Shown here piece by piece: positions 17,731 to 27,077 of a DNA stretch of 64,000 bases. The notes under the pieces are model-generated. The model had not been told where the DNA came from, ran no database searches, and saw nothing but the letters and a program-made list of their open reading frames with translations. Source of the DNA: an uncultured Bacilli bacterium (GTDB lineage: Bacteria > Bacillota_I > Bacilli_A > RF39 > UBA660); NCBI GenBank assembly GCA_934157235.1, contig CAKPHH010000006.1, positions 9,861 through 73,860 on the forward strand, written 5' to 3'. Every line of letters begins with the position of its first letter. Within the stretch, counting starts at the first letter, position 1. Position numbers and translations under genes: made by a program.

Positions 17731-19794
17731 TTAACCTTTTGTTACCGTTATATCGCCATACCAGTTTTCAATAGTACCTGTTTCAAAAGTGGCAGCACTT
17801 GGTCCTCCTGTGATTGTCTGCCAGTCAAAACTTCTTCCCGTTTTATTAACTATGGTTGTTAATTCACTATTAATGCCTGTCCAACTCATTTCTTTATGAA
17901 AGGCATTTCTTCCTATTTCCGTAACTGTTGAAGGGATTACAACAGTACCTTTTAAGTGACAAACATCAAAAGCAGTTTCTCCAATACTTGTTACGCCTTC
18001 TGGTATAGTTACTGAAGCGATTTCACTATAGAAGAATGCATTTGGACCGATTATCTTGACTGTATCAGGAACAGTGACGTTATAACGACCATTTCTACCA
18101 TAACCATATAAGTAAGTTTTATTGATACTTCCATCAGAATTTCTTCCATAGATGAAACCATCAGTTAAGATACCATCACCATTATCTACTTTAGTTAGTT
18201 TGCTTAAACTAAATACGGTACTACCGGTAAATTTAACTTTTGCTGGTAGGGTTAGTGTTCCTGTTAAATATACATAGCGAAACGCTCCATCGCCCAAGGT
18301 TTGTAAAGCTACACCATTTTTTGTAGTGGGTATTGTAAGATTATTTCTATTACCACCAGAATAACCAATTATTGTTGAATAATCTATACCAGATGTTGTT
18401 CTCTTATAAATCCAAAGTTCTCCCGATGTTACTTTATTGTTATTGAAAGCTAACATATCAATTCTAGTTACTGAGGTTGGTATTTGAAGAGTTTTTAGAT
18501 TATTAACATAGAAAGCTTGATAACCTATTGTCTTTAGATTAGTCAGTTTATCTAAATTGACAGATTTAATTCCGGCGAAAGCAAAGGCATCAGATTCAAT
18601 ACTAGTTACAGTGGTTGGTATTTCAACATCCCAGTTATCTAGTGTCATACGATTGAAGGCTCCATAGCCAATTGTTTTAAGTGCAACGCCTTCTTTTTGT
18701 GCAGGAATTACAAACTTATTGTTACTAAATTCCTTTAAATCACCAATATAGCCAGTTATTCTTGTATAATCCGTTGTACCATTGGAATTTCTTTTATATA
18801 GAAATGCAGAACTTGGAAGATTATTATTACAAAAAGCACAAGATCCAATTGCAGTGTTAGCACCTGGTACTAGGACCTCTATTGTATCTGATAATAAATT
18901 ATATTGAAAAGCTCTAGCACTTATTGTATTTAAGGATTCAGCTAAATTTATTTTAGTAAGACTATTTTTCATGAAAGCTTCTGTACCGATTGTTGTGACA
19001 CTTGAAGGAACAACTACAGTAGTTAATTTATTATAGGCAAATGCTCTACTACCAATTGTTTTTATGGTACTTGGAATTTTTACGTTTGTTAGACCTTTGT
19101 TGTTGAAAGTATAAGAATGGATTTCATCAACTGTTCTACCTTCAATTTTACTTGGTATTGTTACCTCTGTTCCACAATTAGTGTTATAGTATGTTACTTT
19201 GGCAGATGTTGCACTTTTATATTGAAAACTAAAACATTTCTTGGCCTCGCCTTCACTCATGATAAGTTCTGGTTCGACAGATGATTTTATACCATTTTTA
19301 TCATAAACGATTACTTTACTTCTACTACCGATTGGTCTAAAAGATATCTTTTTTTCAGAGTCTTGATAAATGTCATGCTTGTTTAACTTTTCTTTTTCGC
19401 GTAAAAGTATTTTCCAACCTGCTCTATCTACACCATTAAAATAGTATGTAATGTTAACTTTAGAATTAACTAAATCCATAGCGGCAACAACATAGGAATC
19501 TTTCCAAGCGGCAAAGCCACTTTTTCCCCAGTTTGTACGATCATCCACTAAATTAGCAATGTGAATATAGTATGTTGTGTCCGGATCATCTATTTCAAAA
19601 GTAGAATTTATTACTTCCTTTTCAGCCTCGCCAATAAAAGTTAAAACACTATTTATATAGATATCCTTTCTGGCCTCTGTAATGACTAGGCTAATAGATG
19701 GTATAGCAACAGCCATTAAGATACCCATGATTACGATTACTGCTAAAAGTTCAATTAGGGTAAAACCCTTTTTACTGCTAATTATTTTTTTCAT
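17731..19794 (-). CDS. prepilin-like LRR protein, paralog 4
   Basis: Same N- and C-terminal modules as the other paralogs with a divergent LRR core. Confidence 0.8.
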   Translation of the reverse strand: MKKIISSKKGFTLIELLAVIVIMGILMAVAIPSISLVITEARKDIYINSVLTFIGEAEKEVINSTFEIDDPDTTYYIHIANLVDDRTNWGKSGFAAWKDSYVVAAMDLVNSKVNITYYFNGVDRAGWKILLREKEKLNKHDIYQDSEKKISFRPIGSRSKVIVYDKNGIKSSVEPELIMSEGEAKKCFSFQYKSATSAKVTYYNTNCGTEVTIPSKIEGRTVDEIHSYTFNNKGLTNVKIPSTIKTIGSRAFAYNKLTTVVVPSSVTTIGTEAFMKNSLTKINLAESLNTISARAFQYNLLSDTIEVLVPGANTAIGSCAFCNNNLPSSAFLYKRNSNGTTDYTRITGYIGDLKEFSNNKFVIPAQKEGVALKTIGYGAFNRMTLDNWDVEIPTTVTSIESDAFAFAGIKSVNLDKLTNLKTIGYQAFYVNNLKTLQIPTSVTRIDMLAFNNNKVTSGELWIYKRTTSGIDYSTIIGYSGGNRNNLTIPTTKNGVALQTLGDGAFRYVYLTGTLTLPAKVKFTGSTVFSLSKLTKVDNGDGILTDGFIYGRNSDGSINKTYLYGYGRNGRYNVTVPDTVKIIGPNAFFYSEIASVTIPEGVTSIGETAFDVCHLKGTVVIPSTVTEIGRNAFHKEMSWTGINSELTTIVNKTGRSFDWQTITGGPSAATFETGTIENWYGDITVTKG

Positions 19795-19914
19795 AATACG
19801 CTACTCCTATTATCTAGATTTTAACATAGAATTTTATTTTTTTAAAGTGTTATTGTTGTGGAGGGTAACTTTTTGGTTTACAAAGAAAGAGACTTTCTAT
19901 AGTTAGAAGTCTCT

Positions 19915-21954
19915 TTAATTTTTGGTTATTTCGATATTTCCACTAGATGTTTTAACTGTACCTGCTTCAAAAGTGGCTTTTTCTGTTCCTCCAGTGATTA
20001 CTTTCCAATCAAAGCTTTTTCCTGTTTTATTTATAATTTTTGTTAAGTTAGGATTGGATGATGAACTTTTATAGAAAGCTTGGTTATCTATAGAAGTTAC
20101 TGTTGATGGAATTGTGATAGTACCTTTTAACTTACATGCATTGAAGGCAAATTTATTTATTTTTTGTACACCTTCAGGAATGGTTACTGATATAGTATTA
20201 CTATATTGGAAAGCTCCAGGGCCAATTATTTTTACTGTTGATGGAATAACTACATTTTCTTGATTTGTTCTAGCGTAGGCAAATAAATAATTCTTATTAA
20301 TGCTTCCGTCGGTGTTTCTGCCATAAACAAAACCATCCGTTAATGTTCCATCACCATTATCTATTTTAGGAATGTTTGCTCCTAAGAACATTGTTTCTCC
20401 TTTTAAAAGGACATTAGCTGGTATTTTTAAAGTTCCTGTTAAGCTTAAACTTCTAAATGAGGCATCAGCTATACTTTCAAGTTTTATACCATTAGTGGTA
20501 GAGGGAATTGTTATATCAGATTTGTTTGCTCCGGCATAACCAATTATTGTTTTATAGTTAATGCCATTACTGTTTCTGCCATATATCCAAATATCTCCAG
20601 AAGTAACTTCATTTAAGTTAAAAGCTAGTTGGCCTATTTTAGTAACAGAGCTTGGGATATGTAAGGTTTTAATCTTGTCTCTTTCAAAGGCATTGTTACC
20701 AATCGTTTTTAGGGTATTTGGGAATTCTACACCTGTTAGTCCTGTATAAGCAAAAGCTAATTCACCGATTGTTTCTAGACCATCTGGTAATACCAGAGTT
20801 CTTCCTGATAAATTCATACTCATGAAAGCTCTATTTGAGATATTCTTTAATGTTACACCTTTCTTGGTTCCTGGTATAGTAAATTTATCTTTAGGGATTT
20901 CGTTTGCGTCACCCATAAAACTTACTATTGTTGTATAATCCCAGCTACCATCAGTATTTCTCTTATATAAGAAAGATGCATTTGGTATTTTATTATTACA
21001 GAAAGCACATGATCCTATTACAGTTGATGACCCAGGGACAAGCGCTTCGATATCTTCAGTAATTTCATTTGATTTAAAGGCGCGCGCTCCGATTTTTTGA
21101 AGAGAAGCATCTAATTTTAACTTGTTTATTTTATTATTTACGAAGGCTTCGGTACCGATTGTCTTAACACTTTTGGGAATAGTTACAGAAGTTAGATTGT
21201 TTACCGCAAATGCTCTTTCGCCAATTGACTCTACCGTATCTGGTATTAGAACATTAACAAGTCCTTTACCTACAAATGCTGAGTTATCTATTTTTACAAC
21301 ATCCATTTCGCCGATTCTATTTGGGATAGTAACATCATTAATACAGGTTGGACTATATGCGGTAATACTTATTGTAGAAGCGGTTAGTTTTTTGTAAGTA
21401 TAACATTTCTTGGCCTCTTCTTCCTCTAATGAGAAGAAAGGAGATTTAGTTGTATCTTTTAGACCATTGACATCATAAACAATGATTTTAGTTCTATTAC
21501 CTACAGCTCTATACTCAACTTTTTTTCGGGATTGTTGGTAGATGTTACTTTTCTTCAATCTAGTTCTTTCAACTAATCTTATTTGCCAACCAGCTTGATC
21601 AACGCCATAAAAATAGTAATTATGTTCTTCTTTATTATTAATTAGATCCATAGTTGCGACTACATAAGCATCAGCCCAGGTAGCAAAACCGCTTTTACCT
21701 AAATTGGTAGGATCATCTACTAAGTTAGCTATATGAATATAATAAGTTGTATCTGGATCATCTATTTCAAAAGTAGAGTTTACAACTTCTTTTTCAGCCT
21801 CATTAATAAATGTTAAGACACTATTTAAATAAATATCTTTTCTAGCATCAGTAATTATTAATCCGATTGAAGGTATCGCAACAGCCATTAAGATACCTAT
21901 GATGACAATTACCGCTAATAACTCGATCAATGTAAATCCTTTTGCATTCTTCAT
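19915..21954 (-). CDS. prepilin-like LRR protein, paralog 5 (most divergent C-terminus)
   Basis: N-terminus MKNAKGFTLIELLAVIVIIGILMAVAIPS with an LRR body. The C-terminal module is related but diverged (GGTEKATFEAGTVKTSSGNIEITKN). Confidence 0.8.
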   Translation of the reverse strand: MKNAKGFTLIELLAVIVIIGILMAVAIPSIGLIITDARKDIYLNSVLTFINEAEKEVVNSTFEIDDPDTTYYIHIANLVDDPTNLGKSGFATWADAYVVATMDLINNKEEHNYYFYGVDQAGWQIRLVERTRLKKSNIYQQSRKKVEYRAVGNRTKIIVYDVNGLKDTTKSPFFSLEEEEAKKCYTYKKLTASTISITAYSPTCINDVTIPNRIGEMDVVKIDNSAFVGKGLVNVLIPDTVESIGERAFAVNNLTSVTIPKSVKTIGTEAFVNNKINKLKLDASLQKIGARAFKSNEITEDIEALVPGSSTVIGSCAFCNNKIPNASFLYKRNTDGSWDYTTIVSFMGDANEIPKDKFTIPGTKKGVTLKNISNRAFMSMNLSGRTLVLPDGLETIGELAFAYTGLTGVEFPNTLKTIGNNAFERDKIKTLHIPSSVTKIGQLAFNLNEVTSGDIWIYGRNSNGINYKTIIGYAGANKSDITIPSTTNGIKLESIADASFRSLSLTGTLKIPANVLLKGETMFLGANIPKIDNGDGTLTDGFVYGRNTDGSINKNYLFAYARTNQENVVIPSTVKIIGPGAFQYSNTISVTIPEGVQKINKFAFNACKLKGTITIPSTVTSIDNQAFYKSSSSNPNLTKIINKTGKSFDWKVITGGTEKATFEAGTVKTSSGNIEITKN

Positions 21955-22027
21955 AACATTCGCTCCTATTATAATAGTAGTTTATCATATTTTTGTTATT
22001 TTTTAAATGCAAACTATGGGTTATTCT

Positions 22028-22732
22028 TTAAAACTCATAGTTTTCTAATGGAGATTGCTTTTCAATTTCTTTTAAGTAGTCCTTTATGCCTTCGGTAATA
22101 GAATAAGCCAACTTTTCTTGATAATCTTTCGATTGGAGAAGTCCACGTTCATAAGGATTTGATAGAAAGCCTGTTTCTACTAGGACTCCTGGCGTTGTTG
22201 TGTTTTTATACATGTAGAGATTTGTTTTTTTGATGTTGCGTTTACTCTTCTGATTGGTTTTAAATTGTTCCATTATTTTCTCAGCTAATATTTTATTATT
22301 AGGATTGATTGTATTATATAAAACTTCTGCTCCTCTATGTTTAGAATTTTCATACCAATTAATGTGAATAGAAATGTATAAGTCACTTTTATTTTCTTTA
22401 ATTTTTAGAAGGCGTCGATATAAATCTCCCCTTTTCTTTTTTGAATCGTATATGGAAGATAAGTCGATATCGGAGTCTCTAATCATATAGACTATAGCGC
22501 CATTTTTTATTAGTTCCTCTTCTAATTTTTTGGATATTTCTAGATTTAAATCTTTTTCCTTTATAGTTCCATACATAGTTCCTGGATCTCTACCGCCATG
22601 GCCAGGATCAACAGTTACAATAACTCCAAGTAAGGGTAATCGTTGAGCTGAAATAAGATCAATAGATAAGAGAAGAATTGTTAGAGTAATAATGATTATT
22701 GCTTTAAGTTTATATTTTAACATAAGTTTCAC
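22028..22732 (-). CDS. N-acetylmuramoyl-L-alanine amidase (Amidase_3 family) with signal/TM anchor
   Basis: 234-aa ORF with a VDPGHGGRDPG motif and an N-terminal hydrophobic segment. Confidence 0.8.
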   Translation of the reverse strand: MKLMLKYKLKAIIIITLTILLLSIDLISAQRLPLLGVIVTVDPGHGGRDPGTMYGTIKEKDLNLEISKKLEEELIKNGAIVYMIRDSDIDLSSIYDSKKKRGDLYRRLLKIKENKSDLYISIHINWYENSKHRGAEVLYNTINPNNKILAEKIMEQFKTNQKSKRNIKKTNLYMYKNTTTPGVLVETGFLSNPYERGLLQSKDYQEKLAYSITEGIKDYLKEIEKQSPLENYEF

Positions 22733-22893
22733 CTATGTAAGTATATGATTGTCGTGATAAAGATAGAAAAGACACTTTTATAGTAGTTTTGATAATATGC
22801 GTAAAGAAAAAGAAGACATTACCTTCTTGTATTTAATACAGCGTTAACTCATTTCTGTTCAATTGTCAATATTTTACAAACTTTCCTATATAA

Positions 22894-22932
22894 AGCACAA
22901 TGTCTTCTTAGTGAAAACATTGTGCTTTTTTA
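22894..22932. terminator. stem-loop terminator
   Basis: AAGCACAATGT-loop-ACATTGTGCTT followed by T-run; downstream of the 22950..23495 gene. Confidence 0.5.
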
Positions 22933-22949
22933 TAATGTATAAGTTTATG

Positions 22950-23495
22950 TTAATGGAAAATTTTTATTGTTCCCTGAATCGCATTATAAGCCAGTGGATC
23001 TCTTATGGCAGTAAACGCCAATGCATAGTGTTGGTTAGTTTTCAATTCTTTAATTTGTATACAAGCAGCAGTTGGAACTCCGCCTGTTTCATAATACTTT
23101 ACAAACTTACCAGTACTGATATTGTATACACCTATATTCATTCTAGTTCCCTCAGTATTATAAGGCTTTATATTATAATCTAGATACATAATCCCATTAC
23201 TATTAGGTGCAAAATAATAATTAGTGTATAACCAATTTACTCTTACCTCAATCAAGTTTCCAGTGTATGGGTTGTTAGTCAAATTCCAGTATTTTGTTGG
23301 GACTGTTTTTGAACGCATAGTGCCATTTAAGACATCAGATGGATTCATATAAAAAGTATCAGGGGCACTACTCTGCATTGACTTACTTATTTTTATATTT
23401 TCATCTATCTCATAGCTTTCTTTGGCATTCGCACTGATTGTTCCCATAAGAAATAACATGATTATAAATACTATCATCGTTGCAAACTTTTTCAA
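22950..23495 (-). CDS. secreted hypothetical protein (signal peptide MKKFATMIVFIIMLFLMGTISANA)
   Basis: 181-aa ORF overlapping the upstream regulator gene by 4 bp. Beta-rich composition, no recognisable domain. Confidence 0.5.
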   Translation of the reverse strand: MKKFATMIVFIIMLFLMGTISANAKESYEIDENIKISKSMQSSAPDTFYMNPSDVLNGTMRSKTVPTKYWNLTNNPYTGNLIEVRVNWLYTNYYFAPNSNGIMYLDYNIKPYNTEGTRMNIGVYNISTGKFVKYYETGGVPTAACIQIKELKTNQHYALAFTAIRDPLAYNAIQGTIKIFH

Positions 23496-24202
23496 CTTCT
23501 TTCATCTCCTATCTTTTTACTTATATAGAATATCAATACACCTATTGTTATTCTTATCAATATATCATTTATATCAAAAATGCCAAGTAGAAATAACCAT
23601 TTTATAATTTCAAGAATTACATTTATTATGAGAGTTAGTTTAAAAAAGTTCTTACTATTTTTTATATAAAATAATAAACCAATGTTTATAAAAAATGAAA
23701 TAGCAGTATTAACAAGGATATTTTGGAGACAACTTATGATACTTTTATTTATTATTGCCGAGTAAATATTACTGAATGGTATTAATGAAATATTATTGAA
23801 TAGTTTAAAAATATAGCTATTGTCTAAGCCATAAAACCGAAAATTAAAATATACTATTGAGATTATTACTGATGTGAACAGTATAATTATCGATATTATA
23901 AGCGTTTTATTATATTTATTTTTCTCATTTATTTTTAACAAAGTTTGTAATAAAACATTTATATCTTTCTTTTCAGCCTGACTTTTTTCTTTAATATATT
24001 CACCGTTCAATAATTCTAATATTGATATATTTAAAACTTTTGATAATGGTTCTAATAAAGATATATCTGGGAAACCAATTCCTCTTTCCCAACGAGAGAC
24101 GGCCTTATTTGTTACATTAATTTTTGTAGCCAACTCATTTTGCGTGAGATTATTTTTTACTCTTAACTGATATATAAACTTGCCAACTTTTTCTGAATCC
24201 AT
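23492..24202 (-). CDS. XRE-family HTH regulator with C-terminal multi-pass membrane domain
   Basis: The N-terminus LTQNELATKINVTNKAVSRWERG is a typical XRE HTH. It is followed by 3-4 hydrophobic helices. Confidence 0.7.
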   Translation of the reverse strand: MDSEKVGKFIYQLRVKNNLTQNELATKINVTNKAVSRWERGIGFPDISLLEPLSKVLNISILELLNGEYIKEKSQAEKKDINVLLQTLLKINEKNKYNKTLIISIIILFTSVIISIVYFNFRFYGLDNSYIFKLFNNISLIPFSNIYSAIINKSIISCLQNILVNTAISFFINIGLLFYIKNSKNFFKLTLIINVILEIIKWLFLLGIFDINDILIRITIGVLIFYISKKIGDERS

Positions 24203-24425
24203 AATTTCTTTTCTCCTTTTTATTAATTATAAGATTTTTTCATAAATAAAAGCAATCGATGGAACATAGACTTGCTGAATTTTTAAGCCTATTTAGACTT
24301 TTTAATTAGATACTTGATTATCATAGAACTTCATTTACAGATGTTGTGTATACTTTGGTATTTAAGAATTGAAAAATATGTAAAGTTACTTTTTTTATGC
24401 TATTCTATAATAAAGAGGTGAATAT

Positions 24426-25289
24426 ATGGAAGAGAAGAAAGAAGTAAGTGTTAAAAATACTAAAAGTACGACATTAGTGATTGTGATGCTTATGATAGTA
24501 ATACTTGGGCTAGCTGGATTAGTTTTTTATCAAAATAAATTGTTAGATAAAGAAAGAGAAAAGGTGAATTCCAATAAAACGGATAACACTACTAGTGAAG
24601 TAGAGCAAAAAAGGTTTAGTGAAGAGGAATTAAATAACTATTTAAAAATGGTTCCTTATTTACAAGAATATAATTCTGATGCTGGTTATGAAGAAATGTA
24701 TGATTATAATGAAGATGCTTATACTGGCAAATTGGTAACGGCTAATGATTTGAATGTAAAACTATTATTAGCTCAGGCCTATAGATATGCTGAACGTACT
24801 AATGTACAGCATTCAATTAATCATCCCATTTGTGGTAATGATCTTTGTACAGCAGATATATATGTAGAGGAGAAGACATTTAAAGAAACTGTTAAAGATA
24901 TGTATAATATCGACACAATAAAAGTTGATGGTTTTAATACCGGAGAAGGGTATGTTAAGCTTTCTAAAGGCTATTACGCAGCAATTATGACTAGAGGAAG
25001 CACTCCGATACATAAGTATAATAAATTAATTAAATATGAGGTTAAAGATAATGATTTAATTATTTATGAAAAGGTTTTATTTACTGCTGGAGTATCTGCA
25101 GTAACGTACGTATTGAAAACTACTAATAGTGACCTTTCTACATCATTAATTCAACCTACATTAGGTAATTTTGATGAAGCTGAGAAATATGCTTTAAACA
25201 ATATTGATTCAGGAAATACTTATAAACATACATTTAAAGTAAATAATGAAGGTAATTATTATTGGTATAGTAGTGAATTAAGTAACTAG
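24426..25289 (+). CDS. membrane-anchored hypothetical protein
   Basis: 287-aa ORF with RBS AGAGGTG. Single N-terminal TM (TLVIVMLMIVILGLAGLVFY) followed by an extracytoplasmic domain. Its 3' end is duplicated at ~28945-29026. Confidence 0.5.
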   Translation: MEEKKEVSVKNTKSTTLVIVMLMIVILGLAGLVFYQNKLLDKEREKVNSNKTDNTTSEVEQKRFSEEELNNYLKMVPYLQEYNSDAGYEEMYDYNEDAYTGKLVTANDLNVKLLLAQAYRYAERTNVQHSINHPICGNDLCTADIYVEEKTFKETVKDMYNIDTIKVDGFNTGEGYVKLSKGYYAAIMTRGSTPIHKYNKLIKYEVKDNDLIIYEKVLFTAGVSAVTYVLKTTNSDLSTSLIQPTLGNFDEAEKYALNNIDSGNTYKHTFKVNNEGNYYWYSSELSN

Positions 25290-25305
25290 TATATAAAAGA
25301 AAAAA
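25224..25305. repeat. direct repeat copy A (3' end of the 24426..25289 gene)
   Basis: ATTATTGGTATAGTAGTGAATTAAGTAACTAGTATATAAAAGAAAAAAG is exact in both copies and embedded in a ~80-bp near-identical stretch. The other copy is at 28945-29026. Confidence 0.8.
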
Positions 25306-25385
25306 GTCATCGGAATAGTCCGGTGGCTTTTTTTGCTTTTGTAAAAGTATATGTTATACACATACTTCTTGTTTAAATTATTAAT

Positions 25386-27077
25386 TTAATTTTCCTTTGT
25401 CCAGTTGGCTTTATATATTAGGTCCCCTGTTGTTCCTATTGGAATTTTTACATCTAATTCTGGGGTAGTTCCATTACTTCCAGTCCAACCTATAAATACA
25501 TAACCATCTTTAGTTGGAGTCTTTAAAGTTACTTCTGAAATATTATAATATGAATTTATAATTGAACCTTGTCCTCCATCCAAATCTGTACTTATTTGAT
25601 ACTTTGTATGTCCTGTATATGGAATGGTTATATTGTAGCCTTCTGGATCTGTTTTTACTCCATCTACGATATAACAACTTAGTATTTGGACATCAGCGCT
25701 ATCTATTACTCCATCATTGTCTACATCGGCTAATTTCTTTTGAACATCAGTTAATTCAGTCATTCCATCTACGTATTGTATTATAAGTAGAGCATCTTTT
25801 GATTCTATTTTGCCATTTTGGTCAGCATCACCTAATAGTATCCAGTTTGCTTTATACGTTAGGTTTCCAGTTGTTTTTGATGATATTTTCACTTCTAATT
25901 CTGGAGTATCACCATTACTTCCTGTCCACCCTATAAATATATAGCCTTCTTTTTTTGGAGATTGTAGTGTTAATGTTGAAATATTATAATATGAATTTAT
26001 AGTTGTACCTTGTCCACCATCTAAATCCATACTTATTTTATATTTTGTATGGCCTGTATATGGTAGTGTTATATTGTAACCATCTGGATCTGTTTTTACT
26101 CCATCTACGATATAACAACTTAGTATTTGGACATCAGCGCTATCTATTACTCCATCATTGTCTACATCGGCTAATTTCTTTTGAACATCAGTTAATTCAG
26201 TCATTCCATCTACGTATTGTATTATAAGTAGAGCATCTTTTGATTCTATTTTGCCATTTTGGTCAGCATCACCTAATAGTATCCAGTTTGCTTTATACGT
26301 TAGGTCTCCAGTTGTTTTTGATGATATTTTCACTTCTAATTCTGGAGTATCACCATTACTTCCTGTCCAACCTATAAATACATAGCCTTCCTTTTTTGGA
26401 GATTGTAACGTTAATAACGAAATATTGTAATATGAATTTAAGATAGAGCCTTTTCCTCCATCTAGGTCCATACTTATTTGATACTTTGTATGTCCTGTAT
26501 ATGGAAAGGTTATATTGTATCCATTTGGATCTGTCTTTAAGCCATCTACGTAATAACAACTTAGTACTTGTGCATCGGCACTATCTATTACTCCATCATT
26601 ATCTACATCAGCTAGTTTCTTTTGTTCATCTGTTAACTCAACAGTTCCTTCAACATATTGCATTATAAGTAGAACGTCATTGGAATCTATCTTGCCATTT
26701 TGATCAACATCGCCGTATAGTATTGTTTCCTCATACTTTTTTGTGTCCTTATGAGTAATTTCTAATTCTGCTGGTAAAGTGACTTTATCACCAGTTAGAC
26801 CATTTATCCATATTCCTCTTGGAGTTTTATAGTAAATTATCATGTCTTCTAACTTATCACTTCCAATAGTTGTGGCACCTAGCATAATATGACTTGTTGT
26901 TAGAAGCATATCTTCAGTGAACATATGAGTTCCAATAACATAGGTGTTATTTGGTATGTCTGCAACTTGTGTTTTTTGTGCAAAGACATTAGTTGGATTT
27001 ATGATTATTGTTAAATAAAATATTGTAACTATTGTATAAAATAATTTCTTCATTCGTTTTTCCTCCTTAAACAACAT
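25386..27077 (-). CDS. secreted protein with three tandem dockerin-like Ca-binding repeats each followed by a Listeria-Bacteroides (Flg_new) repeat
   Basis: Signal peptide present. DQNGKIxSxDALLIIQYVDG...DVDNDGVIDSADVQILSCY dockerin type I-like pairs are each followed by EGYxFIGWTGSNG and KANW motifs. The unit is ~145 aa, repeated 3 times. Confidence 0.7.
   Translation of the reverse strand: MLFKEEKRMKKLFYTIVTIFYLTIIINPTNVFAQKTQVADIPNNTYVIGTHMFTEDMLLTTSHIMLGATTIGSDKLEDMIIYYKTPRGIWINGLTGDKVTLPAELEITHKDTKKYEETILYGDVDQNGKIDSNDVLLIMQYVEGTVELTDEQKKLADVDNDGVIDSADAQVLSCYYVDGLKTDPNGYNITFPYTGHTKYQISMDLDGGKGSILNSYYNISLLTLQSPKKEGYVFIGWTGSNGDTPELEVKISSKTTGDLTYKANWILLGDADQNGKIESKDALLIIQYVDGMTELTDVQKKLADVDNDGVIDSADVQILSCYIVDGVKTDPDGYNITLPYTGHTKYKISMDLDGGQGTTINSYYNISTLTLQSPKKEGYIFIGWTGSNGDTPELEVKISSKTTGNLTYKANWILLGDADQNGKIESKDALLIIQYVDGMTELTDVQKKLADVDNDGVIDSADVQILSCYIVDGVKTDPEGYNITIPYTGHTKYQISTDLDGGQGSIINSYYNISEVTLKTPTKDGYVFIGWTGSNGTTPELDVKIPIGTTGDLIYKANWTKEN
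25395..26715. repeat. ~441-bp intragenic tandem repeat x3 (copies 2 and 3 nearly identical)
   Basis: Antisense ORFs 25562..25786 and 26003..26227 are near-identical. The protein-level repeat is LGDADQNGKIESKD...KANWI. Confidence 0.7.

Noticed and set aside
13251-19914. Homopolymeric T tracts (T6, T8, T7) in the upstream regions of pilin-LRR paralogs as possible phase-variation switches
   Set aside because: When the candidate -35 (TTTAAA) and extended -10 (TGnTAAAAT) are aligned, the spacer stays 17 bp in the copies checked. The tract-length differences are compensated, and there is no within-population data, so there is no evidence for slipped-strand switching.
20561-21397. Plus-strand ORFs 20561..20749 and 21122..21397 within pilin-LRR paralog 5
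   Set aside because: Antisense to the 679-aa gene, with no independent support.
22863-23183. 106-aa plus-strand ORF overlapping the secreted-protein gene
   Set aside because: Antisense overlap with a better-supported minus-strand gene that has a signal peptide and an operon partner.
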